64,000 nt of DNA from Archangium sp. (GTDB taxonomy: Bacteria > Myxococcota > Myxococcia > Myxococcales > Myxococcaceae), in the NCBI GenBank assembly GCA_047600485.1, contig JASGKS010000001.1, forward strand, positions 6,976,259 to 7,040,258. Direction: 5' to 3'. Below are positions 18,469 to 29,000 of this stretch, piece by piece (within the stretch, counting starts at the first letter, position 1; each line of letters starts with the position of its first letter). The notes beneath the pieces are model-generated. The model was given only the letters and a program-made list of their open reading frames with translations. It was not told where the DNA came from and ran no database searches. A program made the position numbers and the translations under genes.

Positions 18469-20448
18469 TCAGAGACAGCTGCAGCCGCTCGCCATCGACG
18501 CTGAGTTTCGCGGAGTCAGCGGCGCGACCACGAAGTCACTCGAGTTGTCGTTGGTGTCGATGCACGCCGTCGCAGCACCAGAAGAATCACGGCGGAACAT
18601 CGCATCGGTGTTGACCAGGTGCGGAGGCGCGTTCTGCGCCACGCCCGCTCCCTCACGACAATTCGCCGTCGAACCGAAGCCCACGAGGTCGACCACCGTC
18701 GCGCTCGCGGCCATCGTCGGGCAGCCCGTGCTGTCGACCGCGACGGCCACCGCGCTGTTGGCGAGCAGCAACTTGCCGGTGGTCTGAGACATGTCGGTAT
18801 TGGTGACGGCATCGGGGGTCGGCAACGCGACACCGGTCCCCGACTGCGCGAAGCGCACGAGGAAGAAACCACCGGGCGGAATCGACGCTCCCGCCGCGAA
18901 CGCGTGCGAGACGTTGAAGGAAGTGGTGTTGGTCGCCGACGCGTACTGCAGCGACCACCCACTCAAGCTCGCCGCGGTCGTTCCACGGTTGTGCAGCTCG
19001 ACGTAGTCGGCGTTCGGAGTCGTCGCGCCAGTGCCACCGCGTCCGTACACCTGACTGATGACCACCGCGGGCGCGCACGCCGCGCCATTGAACGTCGCCG
19101 TGTTGTTCGGAGGCGCCACCGGCGCAGCACGACGGTCGGTCACGCTGCTCATCACGGTCACCGTGTACTGCGTGCCCGGCACCTGAGCCGCGGTGGTGAG
19201 CTGCGCGACGCGCGGGCTCGCGAGTGACGCGGCGCTGATTCCGAGCGGGCTCGAGGCACCGTCGATGATGGAGAACGCTCCGGCCTGCACCGTCGACGGT
19301 TCCAAATCTCGATTGAAGTTCACCAACACGCGCGAACCGGTCGGCGCATCAGCGCTCAGCACGCGCGGCGCAGGACACGTGCTCTGCATCACTTCCGCCA
19401 TCGTCCACGCGGAAGGAAGCGCTGACGGACCCGCGCGCCACAGCGGCGCGTTCGGCAACACCACGGTGCAGCCCGGCGCGAGCGACTGCTGACTCATGAG
19501 CGCGGTCGGCAATCGCAGCCGCAACGCGAGACCGCCATCGACCGTGCCCGACGAATCGAGCGACACGGCCTGGTAGCCGTTCGAAGGGAACGACGGGTCG
19601 GCCGCGACGTTCGCCACCAACGACACCAGCCGGCTCTCGTACTCATCGAGGCGCGTCGACTGCGTGAAGTCGATGGTGTCGATGGCGCTCGTGAAGCCGA
19701 GGAGCGACTGGCCCGTCGCGGTGCGCATCACGTCGGCATCGAGAATCAATCGCAGCCCCGCCACGCGACCGACGTGGTGCACGTCGAGCGTGAGGCGGTC
19801 TCCGGTGCTCAGACCACCCGCGATCATCGTCGGGTCGAGCGCGACGAAGATTCCCGGGCCCGCCGCGCTGCCTTGAATGAAGAAGCCCGGACCGTCATCG
19901 ACGCCCGCATCGGGAACGAGCGGCTTGAGCGCCGTCACGAGTGCTCCGACCACCGGCATGCTCACCATGCCGCCGTCGCCGAAATCGGCTTCGAGGCGAA
20001 CGGCGCGCAGTTGATCATCGACCGAGCCGCCATCGGTGGAGCCTGCGTCGGTGCCGGCGTCGGTCCCCGCGTCGTCGGTGCCCGCATCGTTGGAGCCCGC
20101 GTCGTCACCGCCGTCGTCGACGCCGCCTCCGCCGGTCGAACCGCCACCGCCGCCACCACCGCCACCGCCGCTCACGGCTCCGCCACCGCCAGTGCCTGCG
20201 TCATCGCCACCGCCGGTTGCGCCGCCGCCACCCGTCGTTCCACCGCCGCCGCCGCCGCCCGTGACTCCGCCGCCTCCACCACCGGTCGTGCTCGTCGCAC
20301 CGCACACGCCGTCGAAACAGCGGTCAGGCGCGACGCAATCGGAGTCCTTCGAGCAGTGGTAGCGCAGCCCGCTCAAGTCGACGGGCGACGGATCACACGC
20401 GCTGATCAGCACGAGGACGAGCCACGAGGAGCGCCAGGAGAAACGCAC
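18469..20448 (-). CDS. Lipoprotein with poly-Gly/DAG low-complexity region and C-terminal lamin-tail-domain (LTD)-like module
   Basis: Lipobox VLISAC. The G-rich run is encoded by about 20000-20300. The C-terminal YVELHNRGTTAASLSGWSLQY...IPPGGFFLVRF matches the LTD pattern (xELyN...dLsGW.L...g..f....i.aggfllV). Confidence 0.6.
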   Translation of the reverse strand: MRFSWRSSWLVLVLISACDPSPVDLSGLRYHCSKDSDCVAPDRCFDGVCGATSTTGGGGGGVTGGGGGGGTTGGGGATGGGDDAGTGGGGAVSGGGGGGGGGGSTGGGGVDDGGDDAGSNDAGTDDAGTDAGTDAGSTDGGSVDDQLRAVRLEADFGDGGMVSMPVVGALVTALKPLVPDAGVDDGPGFFIQGSAAGPGIFVALDPTMIAGGLSTGDRLTLDVHHVGRVAGLRLILDADVMRTATGQSLLGFTSAIDTIDFTQSTRLDEYESRLVSLVANVAADPSFPSNGYQAVSLDSSGTVDGGLALRLRLPTALMSQQSLAPGCTVVLPNAPLWRAGPSALPSAWTMAEVMQSTCPAPRVLSADAPTGSRVLVNFNRDLEPSTVQAGAFSIIDGASSPLGISAASLASPRVAQLTTAAQVPGTQYTVTVMSSVTDRRAAPVAPPNNTATFNGAACAPAVVISQVYGRGGTGATTPNADYVELHNRGTTAASLSGWSLQYASATNTTSFNVSHAFAAGASIPPGGFFLVRFAQSGTGVALPTPDAVTNTDMSQTTGKLLLANSAVAVAVDSTGCPTMAASATVVDLVGFGSTANCREGAGVAQNAPPHLVNTDAMFRRDSSGAATACIDTNDNSSDFVVAPLTPRNSASMASGCSCL

Positions 20449-20475
20449 GGGGCCTGAATGTACCCGAACGACTCT

Positions 20476-21402
20476 TCAGGCAAACAATCGGGCGAGGAGT
20501 CGCGCCGAAGTTCTGATGGACGTCGCGCCCACCCGCTGCGCCGACGAGAGCGTGACCGGCGCGTTCCAGTCGAAGTTCACGAGCCGTTCGAGGTGGCCAA
20601 ACTGCACGCAGCCCTCGAGCGAGAAGATGCGCACGTCGTCACACGCGCGCGCCGCGAGGCGCAAATCTCGCGCGAGCTGCTCGAAGGTCATCTTGGGGAG
20701 CGGATCAATTCCGCCTCCGGTGCTGCCGACGGCGACCGCGCGCACGCCGTGGTGCTTCGTCCACTGCTCGGTGAGACCGGGCCCGAAACGACCGAGCAGG
20801 CTCGAGTAGATCATCAGCACTTCGCGCTCGACCTCGACGTCGAGTGAGCCCGTGAAGCGCTGGAAGAACGCGCTCGACGCCGCGCGGTCCTCGAGCATCA
20901 GCGGGAACTGGTAGCTCTCGATGCTCCAGCCTTCGCTGCGCAGGCGCTGAATGAGCGCTCCGTATTGATCGAGCGCCCGCGCGCGACGACCGCGATTCCT
21001 CGAGCGGCCGGCCCACGCGCGCAACGCCTTGAATGGCGTCTTGAAGAACACCTCGAGCTCGCGCAGATCGGGCTCGAAGTCGAAGCCGAGCGAGGTGAGC
21101 GAGAGCCGATGCGCGTCGCGCCAACGCAGCAGCGATTCGACGCGCGCCACCACGTGCTCGTGATTTTCCGGAGTGGCGAAGTAGCCGTGCTGCGAATCGA
21201 GCAACAGCCACGCGCTGACGTTCACGCCTTCGCCGGCGAGCCGCTGTACCGCGCGTGCACGCTCGTCGCCCAGACAACGAAGGCCGATGGTGACTCCGGC
21301 GTTCAGCGCGCGGAGCTGCTCGAAGAGCTTCGGCGTCTCGAGCAGCGACGTGAGCTGCTGCGCGTCCTGCTCATTGAAAAAGGCGAGGCGAGAGGGCTTC
21401 AC
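20476..21402 (-). CDS. Hypothetical protein
   Basis: Intact 308-aa ORF with coding-like composition. No motif recognized. Confidence 0.45.
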   Translation of the reverse strand: MKPSRLAFFNEQDAQQLTSLLETPKLFEQLRALNAGVTIGLRCLGDERARAVQRLAGEGVNVSAWLLLDSQHGYFATPENHEHVVARVESLLRWRDAHRLSLTSLGFDFEPDLRELEVFFKTPFKALRAWAGRSRNRGRRARALDQYGALIQRLRSEGWSIESYQFPLMLEDRAASSAFFQRFTGSLDVEVEREVLMIYSSLLGRFGPGLTEQWTKHHGVRAVAVGSTGGGIDPLPKMTFEQLARDLRLAARACDDVRIFSLEGCVQFGHLERLVNFDWNAPVTLSSAQRVGATSIRTSARLLARLFA

Positions 21403-21496
21403 GGGCGTTTCTTGAGCGGAGGCGTTGTGACACCGAATTGGGCGTCGGCCAACGGGGCCATGTCGATCTCCACCTCGTTTCCGCTATGACGCGCCA

Positions 21497-23089
21497 ATGC
21501 TGATTCCAGAATCAATTTTCCGGGTCGCGGCGGTGCTCGGGGTTTTGGCGTTGGTGGGCTGCGGGCCTCCGGGCGTGTCGGCGGATGCGGGCAGTGATTC
21601 AGACGCGAGCGTCTCGACGGGCGGCGGTGGAGGTGGCGCGACCGGCGGCGGTGGTTCTGCGACGGGTGGTGGTGGCTCAGCAACGGGCGGAGGCGGAACG
21701 ACCGGCGGCGGCTCAGCGACAGGCGGCGGTGGCGCAGCGACGGGTGGCGGCACGACGGACGACGCGGGCACCGACGCAGGCATCGTCGACGCGGGAACGC
21801 CGAGCGTGTCGGACCCGGCCGCGGCGTGCAGCGACGCCCAGGGAGAGATCTACACAGTGTCGGCGAGCGGCAACGAACCGCTCGGCGCGCGCCTCAAGTG
21901 CCACTTCGACCGCACGCTCACCGCGATGCAGGTGATGATGGAAACGCCGTCCGCTCCGAGCAACCCGAGCCCGGTCGACCTGCACCTCCTCGCGTACCGC
22001 ACCAACCGTCGCGGCCCGGCGGGCAACCTTCCCGGCGTCGGCACCGCGCGCGTGTATCTGCCGCGCAACGCGAAGAGCGGCCCACTCCCGGTGGTGGTGG
22101 TGATGCACGGCAGCGTCGGAGTGGCCGACAATTGTGCGCCCTCGACCGAGATGAACGGACTCTTCAGCCTCGCGCTCCCGTGGGCGTCGCGCGGCTACGC
22201 GGTCATCGCGCCCGACCTCGCGGGCCTCGGCAACGCGGGCGTGCAGGGCTACGTCGACAACCACGACACCGCGATGTCGGTGCTCGACGGCATTCGCGCG
22301 CTGCGCTCGTTGCTGCCCGGCGGAGCGCTCGACGGTCGCGCGATTCTCATCGGCTATTCGCAGGGTGGTGGCGCGGTGCTCGCGGCGCAGACGCTCGAGC
22401 GCTCGTACGGCTCGGGCGGGCAAATCACCGCGGTGGTCGGAGTCGCTCCGCAGTTCTTCACGCGGCTCAACTCGTTCGGCTACGTCGGCATGCTCCGCAA
22501 CCCGACCGCGCTCACCGTCGCGCAGGGCTACACCAAGCCCGTCGTCGGAGCGCTGCGCCACTACGCGTGGTTCGAGAACACGCTCGGTCCCGGTCACGGG
22601 CTCGACGCGTTCCCTGCTGATGGCGGCCAGGGCACCGTCGACGCGCTCGAGCGTCGCTGTCTCATCGACCTCGGCGCGTGGCTGCCGAGCAATCGCACGC
22701 GCGTCGGCGAGCTCATCGACGAGAACCTGCGCACCACCTTCCTCGCGTGCGTCGATGGGCCGACCTCGGCGGGCTGCGTCCCTCCGGGCAAGCCGTTCTA
22801 CGACGGGCTGGTGAGCGACGTGATGGCGGGCGACTCGCTCGGCTCACCGGTGCTCTACCTGCAGGGCGGCCTCGACACCGTGATGCCCGTCGGAGAAGAG
22901 GCGGCCTGCAACGTGCCCGCGATGCGCGATGCCGGCGTGCGGTTGACCTACTGCACCGACAATTTCGCCGCGCACAACAACATCTACGACCGCAACGTCG
23001 AGCTGGTGCGCACCTGGGCGGAGTCGACGGCGTACGGAATTCCGGCTCCCGCCTGTTCGAACGCGGGGTTGCTGGCGTGTCCTCCGTGA
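21497..23089 (+). CDS. Secreted lipase/esterase (alpha/beta hydrolase, LIP-like) with Gly-rich ATGGG linker
   Basis: Signal peptide/lipobox LALVGC. GGGSATGGGG repeats. Nucleophile elbow GYSQGGG (GxSxG). HGSVG oxyanion-like region. Confidence 0.7.
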   Translation: MLIPESIFRVAAVLGVLALVGCGPPGVSADAGSDSDASVSTGGGGGGATGGGGSATGGGGSATGGGGTTGGGSATGGGGAATGGGTTDDAGTDAGIVDAGTPSVSDPAAACSDAQGEIYTVSASGNEPLGARLKCHFDRTLTAMQVMMETPSAPSNPSPVDLHLLAYRTNRRGPAGNLPGVGTARVYLPRNAKSGPLPVVVVMHGSVGVADNCAPSTEMNGLFSLALPWASRGYAVIAPDLAGLGNAGVQGYVDNHDTAMSVLDGIRALRSLLPGGALDGRAILIGYSQGGGAVLAAQTLERSYGSGGQITAVVGVAPQFFTRLNSFGYVGMLRNPTALTVAQGYTKPVVGALRHYAWFENTLGPGHGLDAFPADGGQGTVDALERRCLIDLGAWLPSNRTRVGELIDENLRTTFLACVDGPTSAGCVPPGKPFYDGLVSDVMAGDSLGSPVLYLQGGLDTVMPVGEEAACNVPAMRDAGVRLTYCTDNFAAHNNIYDRNVELVRTWAESTAYGIPAPACSNAGLLACPP

Positions 23090-23128
23090 CTTGACTTCAA
23101 TTCGTGAATGGCATTCACTCTTTTATGA

Positions 23129-23818
23129 ATGATTCACGAAACAGCCATCAAGACGACTCCGCGCGCGCGCCGGCGTGACGCGAACACCTCGCGCATCCTC
23201 GAGGCGGCGATGGAGCTGGTGGCCGAGGGCGGGCTCGACACGCTCTCGATGGGCCGGCTGGCCGAGGCGGTCGACTACACGCCCGGAGCGCTCTACCGGT
23301 ACTTCCCCAGCAAGGACGCGCTGCTCGCCGGGCTGGTGGGCCAGGTGCTCGACGAGCTGCAGGCGTTCCTCGTGCAGGGAGAACTTCCTGCGCAGCCGCT
23401 GCAGCGGGTCTTCGCCCTGGCGCACGGCTTTCGGCGCTTCGCGAAAGAGCGGGCGCACGCGTTCGGCTTCCTCTCGCGCACCATCGCCGAGCCGCGGGTG
23501 TTGTTGCCCGGCGCCGACGCCAACCCCGTCGCCGAGCGCGCCATCGCGTTGCTGGAATTGATGGCCACCGCGCTCGAGGACGCGACGAAGGCCGGGCTGC
23601 TCGACGCTCCTGAAGGTGGGAGCGAGCTGGAGCGCACGTTGTGTCTCTTCTCTTTGCTGCAGGGGTTGTTGCAGCTGCAGAAGCAGTCGCGGTTCGAGTC
23701 GGCGTTGATCTCACTCGAGCCGCTCGTCTCACACGGCGTGCGTACGCTGCTCATCGGCTGGGGTGGAAAGCCGAAGCACGTCGACGCCGCGCTTCACGCT
23801 CACGGAGGCCGTTCATGA
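23129..23818 (+). CDS. TetR family transcriptional regulator
   Basis: N-terminal HTH RILEAAMELVAEGGLDTLSMGRLAEAVDYTPGALYRYFPSKDALL. Confidence 0.9.
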   Translation: MIHETAIKTTPRARRRDANTSRILEAAMELVAEGGLDTLSMGRLAEAVDYTPGALYRYFPSKDALLAGLVGQVLDELQAFLVQGELPAQPLQRVFALAHGFRRFAKERAHAFGFLSRTIAEPRVLLPGADANPVAERAIALLELMATALEDATKAGLLDAPEGGSELERTLCLFSLLQGLLQLQKQSRFESALISLEPLVSHGVRTLLIGWGGKPKHVDAALHAHGGRS

Positions 23819-24351
23819 TTCTCGCCGCGCTGCTCGGAGTGCTGACCTGGTCGTTGATGGAGTACTTGATTCACCGCTTCCTCGGGCACGAGCCGAAGAC
23901 GCGGCCCAACCTGTTCGCCACCGAGCACGTGCGGCACCACTCCGAGGGGAATTACTTCGCGGCGTGGTGGAAGAAGGTCGCCGCGGCGGCGGTGTTCTTC
24001 GCGGTGTTGAGCCCGCTCGCGGTGTGGGTCGCCGGAGTTTCGCTCGGGCTCTCGTACGCCGGCGGGCTCCTCGGCTTCTACGCGTTCTACGAGGTGCTGC
24101 ACCGGCGCGAGCACGTGACCGCGGGGTTCGGCGCGTACGGCAGGTGGGCGCGCCGGCATCACTTCGCGCACCACTATTCCGACACGCGCTTCAATCACGG
24201 CGTGACTTCGCCGCTCTGGGACCTCGTGTTCCGCACCTACAAACCAGTGCAGACGGTGCGCGTGCCATCGCGCTTCGTGATGCCGTGGCTCAAGGACCCG
24301 TCGACTGGCGCGGTGCGCTCGGAGTACGCGGACGTGTTCTTCGTCGCGTGA
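23815..24351 (+). CDS. Fatty acid hydroxylase superfamily membrane protein (His-box desaturase/hydroxylase-like)
   Basis: His boxes HRFLGHE, HVRHH, HHFAHH. Hydrophobic segments. ATGA start/stop overlap with the TetR gene. The ORF-track start (23641) overlaps TetR and is probably too long. Confidence 0.7.
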   Translation: MILAALLGVLTWSLMEYLIHRFLGHEPKTRPNLFATEHVRHHSEGNYFAAWWKKVAAAAVFFAVLSPLAVWVAGVSLGLSYAGGLLGFYAFYEVLHRREHVTAGFGAYGRWARRHHFAHHYSDTRFNHGVTSPLWDLVFRTYKPVQTVRVPSRFVMPWLKDPSTGAVRSEYADVFFVA

Positions 24352-24364
24352 GCGTGAGCTTCGG

Positions 24365-25063
24365 TCACACCAGGCGATGACCGCCGTCGACCGGAAGCAC
24401 GGCGCCGGTCATGAAGCCGTTCTCCATCAGGAACATCGCGGCGTGCGCGAGGTCGGCCGTCGTGCCGATGCGCTTCACCGGGAGCCGCTCCGCGACGCGC
24501 GCGAACATCGCCTGCTTGTCGCCGCCCAACTTGTCCCACAGCGCGGTGTCGACCCAGCCCGGTGAGATGACGTTCACGCGCACGGGCGCGAGCTCGAGCG
24601 CGAGGGCGCGGGCGAGTGAAAAGAGCGCGCCGTTCGCAGCAGACACGGCGGCGCCCGAGGGACCGGGACGCTCGGCGGCGACTCCGGCGGTGAGCGTGAA
24701 GGAGCCGCGCAGCTTCACGTGACGCGCGAGGAGCAACGCTGCGAGCACCTTGCTGTCGAGCACCTCGCGCACGGTGGCGACCTTCATTTGCGTCAGCTTC
24801 TCGCCCGCTCCGCTGATGGCGGTGGTGACGAGGTGGTCGACCTCTCCAACTTTCGCCGCGAGTGATTGGACTGCTGCTTCGTCAGCGACGTCGGCCACCA
24901 CCGCGGCGTGCGCTTTGATTTCACGACGCACGGCTTCGAGGCGAGTCTCGTCGCGGCCGACGAGCGTGACGCGCGCGCCACGTCGCAGCGCCTCCTCAGC
25001 GATGCCGCGACCGATGCCTGAGCTGCCACCCACCACCACGATGCTGCTGTCTTTGAGGTTCAT
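24365..25063 (-). CDS. Short-chain dehydrogenase/reductase (SDR)
   Basis: TGxxxGIG motif: VVGGSSGIGRGIAEEALRRGARV. SDR-length protein. Confidence 0.9.
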   Translation of the reverse strand: MNLKDSSIVVVGGSSGIGRGIAEEALRRGARVTLVGRDETRLEAVRREIKAHAAVVADVADEAAVQSLAAKVGEVDHLVTTAISGAGEKLTQMKVATVREVLDSKVLAALLLARHVKLRGSFTLTAGVAAERPGPSGAAVSAANGALFSLARALALELAPVRVNVISPGWVDTALWDKLGGDKQAMFARVAERLPVKRIGTTADLAHAAMFLMENGFMTGAVLPVDGGHRLV

Positions 25064-25108
25064 GGCGCACAGTCAGCCCCAGAGCGGACTCGTGGCACAA
25101 TCGACAGA

Positions 25109-26020
25109 ATGAAGAAGCACCATCCCGAAAATGGAACGGCGGACTTCAGCGACCTTCCGCTGTTCCTCGCCGTCGCGCGGTCTCAGAGCTTCGCCGCCGC
25201 CGCCCGGCAGACCGGAGTTCCCTTGAGCACCGTGAGCCGCTCGGTCGCGCGGCTCGAGGAACGGCTGGGCGTGCGGCTGCTCACGCGCACCACGCGGCGG
25301 GTGACGCTCACGCACGAGGGCGCGTTGCTGCTCGAGCGCACGGGTGGTCTGGCCGACGAGCTGGGCGAGCGGCTGCGTGATGCGTCGAGCGGAGTCGATG
25401 AACCGGCGGGCGTGTTGCGCGTGACGGCTCCAGTGGTGACGGGCGCGGGTCCGGTGGCGCGGGTGCTGCGCAAGATGCTCGCGACGTTCCCGCGGCTGAC
25501 GGTCGAGCTGCACCTGGGCAACGAGCTCGTCGACCTCGTGAAGGAGCGGTACGACCTCGCGATTCGCAACTCGGCGGAAGAGACGCCCGGGCTCATCGCG
25601 CGGAAGTTGTGGAACTTCTCGTTCGCGCTCGCAGCGTCACCGGACTTCGTGAGGCGCGAATTGCGCGGCCGTCACGTGCTCGACGAGGAGACGTTGCGCT
25701 CGGTGCCGTCGGTCGCGACGCGGCCCGCGCCGGTGTGGCGATTCAGGCGGAAGAATGGAGAGTTCGCCGAGGTGCGGCCGAGGCCGCGGCTGGTGGTGAG
25801 CGACCCGCGTGTGGCGGCGGAGACGGCGGCCGATGGACTCGGCGTGGTGTTCGCTCCGCGGATGGCGATTGAGGCGTGCGCGAAGAAGTTGGTGACGCTC
25901 AGCACCACGCTCGGAGAGCCGGAGTCACGCGTCATCTACGCGGTGTATCCGTCGCGGCAGTTTCTTCCCGCGCGAACGCGCGTCGCGCTCGAGTGGCTGC
26001 AGCGCGAAGGGTCGGGGTGA
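25109..26020 (+). CDS. LysR family transcriptional regulator
   Basis: N-terminal HTH LFLAVARSQSFAAAARQTGVPLSTVSRSVARLEERLGVRLLTRTTR plus a substrate-binding domain. Divergent from the SDR gene (classic LysR arrangement). Confidence 0.9.
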   Translation: MKKHHPENGTADFSDLPLFLAVARSQSFAAAARQTGVPLSTVSRSVARLEERLGVRLLTRTTRRVTLTHEGALLLERTGGLADELGERLRDASSGVDEPAGVLRVTAPVVTGAGPVARVLRKMLATFPRLTVELHLGNELVDLVKERYDLAIRNSAEETPGLIARKLWNFSFALAASPDFVRRELRGRHVLDEETLRSVPSVATRPAPVWRFRRKNGEFAEVRPRPRLVVSDPRVAAETAADGLGVVFAPRMAIEACAKKLVTLSTTLGEPESRVIYAVYPSRQFLPARTRVALEWLQREGSG

Positions 26021-26060
26021 GGGTCGACCAGGCCGCTTCAAGCAGAACTGACCTGCTTCT

Positions 26061-29000
26061 TCACGAGCGACGGCGTCTCACGCCAAGCAGCGCGAGCGCG
26101 AGCCACGCCACGCTTGCGTCGAATGCAGTGCAGCCGCAGCCAGGTCGAACGTCGGAGCCTCCTCCGCCCGCACCGCCGCCGGTTTCCCCACCGCCGGTCG
26201 CGGTCCCGCCGCCCATCGTGCTGCCGCCTCCTGTTGCAGTGCCGCCTCCCGTCGCTGAGCCGCCGCCGGTCGCTGAGCCGCCGCCGGTCGAGCCGCCGCC
26301 GCCACCGACAACTGCTTCGCTCGCACAGGTCGCCGAGCAGCCGTCGCCGCTCATCTGATTTCCGTCGTCACACTGCTCGCCCGTCTGCACGATGGTGTCT
26401 CCGCAGCGCGCGAGGTTGCACGCGTTCGAGCAGGCGTCGTCGTTCAGCATGTTGCCGTCGTCGCACTGCTCGCCCGTCTGGACGATGGTGTCTCCGCAGC
26501 GCGCAGTCGTGCACGCGTTCGAGCAGTCGTCGTTGTTCACCATGTTCCCGTCGTCACACTGCTCGCCTGACTGAAGGATGGTGTCTCCGCAGCGCCGCAG
26601 GTTGCACGCGTTGGAGCACGAGTCGTCGTTCACGCCGTTGCCGTCGTCGCACTGCTCGGTGCCTTGCACGAACGTGTCGCCGCAGCGCGCGACCGTGCAT
26701 GCGTTGGTGCACGCATCGATATTGCTGGTGTTGCCGTCGTCACACGGCTCGGTGCCCTGCACGAAGCCGTCGCCGCAGGTCGCGAGTGCGCAGACGTTGG
26801 TGCACGCGTCTTCGTTCACGGTGTTCGCGTCGTCGCAGGCCTCGGGAGGTTGCGTGAAGCCGTCACCACACCGCGCGAGCGTGCACGCGTTGGTGCACGC
26901 GTCTTCGTTCACCGAGTTCGCGTCGTCGCACTGCTCGCCTGTTTGCCGAATTCCATCTCCGCAGCGCGGGAGCGTGCACGCGTTGGTGCAGCCGTCGTCG
27001 TTGACCATGTTTCCGTCGTCGCACTGCTCGGCGCCCTGGCGGAATCCGTCGAGGCACATCGCGGTGACGAGGGTCGAGACAGGAGAGCCGGCGATGGGGC
27101 CCTGGTTCAACGCCACGATGGTCGCCGTCCACGTTCCAGCCGAGGTCGGCGTGTAGACCACGTCGTAGGTGCCGTCGTTTCGATCGACGATGGTGGCGCC
27201 GAAGGTGGTGGTGCCGTCGGTGGCGATGGCTCCGAAGAGCGAAGCGAAGCCGCTGGCGTGCACGTCTTCGCCGCAGCTGCCGCGCGACTGCATGCGCACC
27301 GTGACGGTCTGCCCCAGAATCGCGGTGCTCGGCGTCGGCGGCAGCACCATGCTCGCGGCGGTCGGAATGCTCGAGCGGACGCTCACGTTCGACACCACGG
27401 CCGACGTCGGTCCTGCGAAGCGCCCCGACGCGACAGCGAGCAAGGCGCCTCGCGCGAAGAGCGACTCCATCTCTGACTGAAGAAGCTCGACCTCGAGCTC
27501 GGGCGCGTAGAACGGTTCGCCCGGCACGATGATGTACGTGCGCAGCCAGCCCTTCGCAGGACCCGTGCGCGTCTCGTCACGAGTCCAGGTGATGCGAATC
27601 GGTGTCGTCGCGGCGAGCTCGGTGCCGAACGTCGACTGACACGCAGACCACCACGGCCAGGCGCAGTAGCGCTCGCGCAGGACTCGCGCCCACCCGCGCT
27701 GTGCGACCGCGTGATTCGCGCTGTTCGGCAGCGGCCCTCGGGTCATGACGGCGACGTGGCCACCGATGGGATCGCCGCCTCCGCTGCTGACGTCGTCGAA
27801 CTCGATCGCGAGGCTGTTCGGAATGTTCTCGTAGCCCAGCACCCCACTGTCGACCGGGAGCGGCAGCGCGTCGGCGAGCACGACCGAGATGCCGGAGGCC
27901 GTGGAAGAAGTGAGCACCGTGAAGTCGAGCTGAAAGTCGTGCGACACGTCGATGCGATCGTTGAAGAAGACCGCGTTCGGGAGCAGGCGACCATCAAAGC
28001 CACCATCCAGGCCTGCACCGGGGCCGGCGTCGTATGCAGGGCCGGCAGCGAGCTCAAAGCCGCCATCGGTGAGCACGGTCGCGTGGCCGAGCAACGTCTG
28101 CGGTGGCGCAATGGTTCTCGTCGGTGCCGAGCAGGCCGGAGGAATCGCGTCGACGAGCTCGAACTGGAACTCGGGCTCGTGCAGTCCGCGATGCGCGTAG
28201 AAGAGATCGACCGGGTAGTTGCGACCCGTCGCGAGCCCGTTCGCCGCGGCGAAGGCATCGAGGGGAACCGCGAGCGTCTGGCGCGAATGCACACCGCCGA
28301 GGTCGGCCAGCAACTTGCCGTTCCAGAAGACCCACAGGTCGTCGGCCGACGCGAAATACAACGTGGTGCCCGGGACCCAGGGCATCTGCTCGTGGAGCTC
28401 CCACGTGAAGTTGCGATTGGGATTCGGCTCGGCCGCAGATGGAGTGCGTTGATCGAGAGGGTAGAAGTGCGAGCTCGTGAATCGCGTCACGCCGGTGGTG
28501 CTCACGTTTCCGCTGAGCACGAGGTCGAGTGGCCGTACCAGCGTCGCTCCTGCGTCGGGAGAATCGTCCCACCATGCGTTGAAGCTGCTCGGCGAGGAGA
28601 CGGTGGTGAGCGTGGTCGGCTGAAACACCGGCTTGTTGTTCGCGCCGAGCGTGGAGGCGACGAACGCCGGCACGTCATCTCCGTTCGCGGACGAGAAGTC
28701 GGCTTGCGTCGTGCGGAAGTCGCGGAACGTCCCGGTGACGGTGCGAATCGGCCCCGGCGTGATGGCGAAGGTCGCGCAACAGTTGCCGAAGCTCGAAGCG
28801 CTGAGCCCGCTGACCGTGAAGCACGCGAAGTTCGCGGTCGAGAACGTGGGAGCGCCATAGTTCACGACGGGCCGACCGGGGCTCCACGTCACCAGCCAAC
28901 CTGCATCGGCGTTGGTCGAGAGCGGCGTGATGACCATTCCAGTGGGGAGCGGCGTGTTGCTGAGCGTCAGGGTGTCGCCCCCGGCTCGATTCGAACGCGC

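Noticed and set aside
20036-20362. Pro-rich 108-aa ORF (PPPPVEPPPPPPP...) on the plus strand
   Set aside because: It is the antisense reading of the poly-Gly coding DNA (GGN codons read as NCC, Pro) in the 18469..20448 lipoprotein gene.
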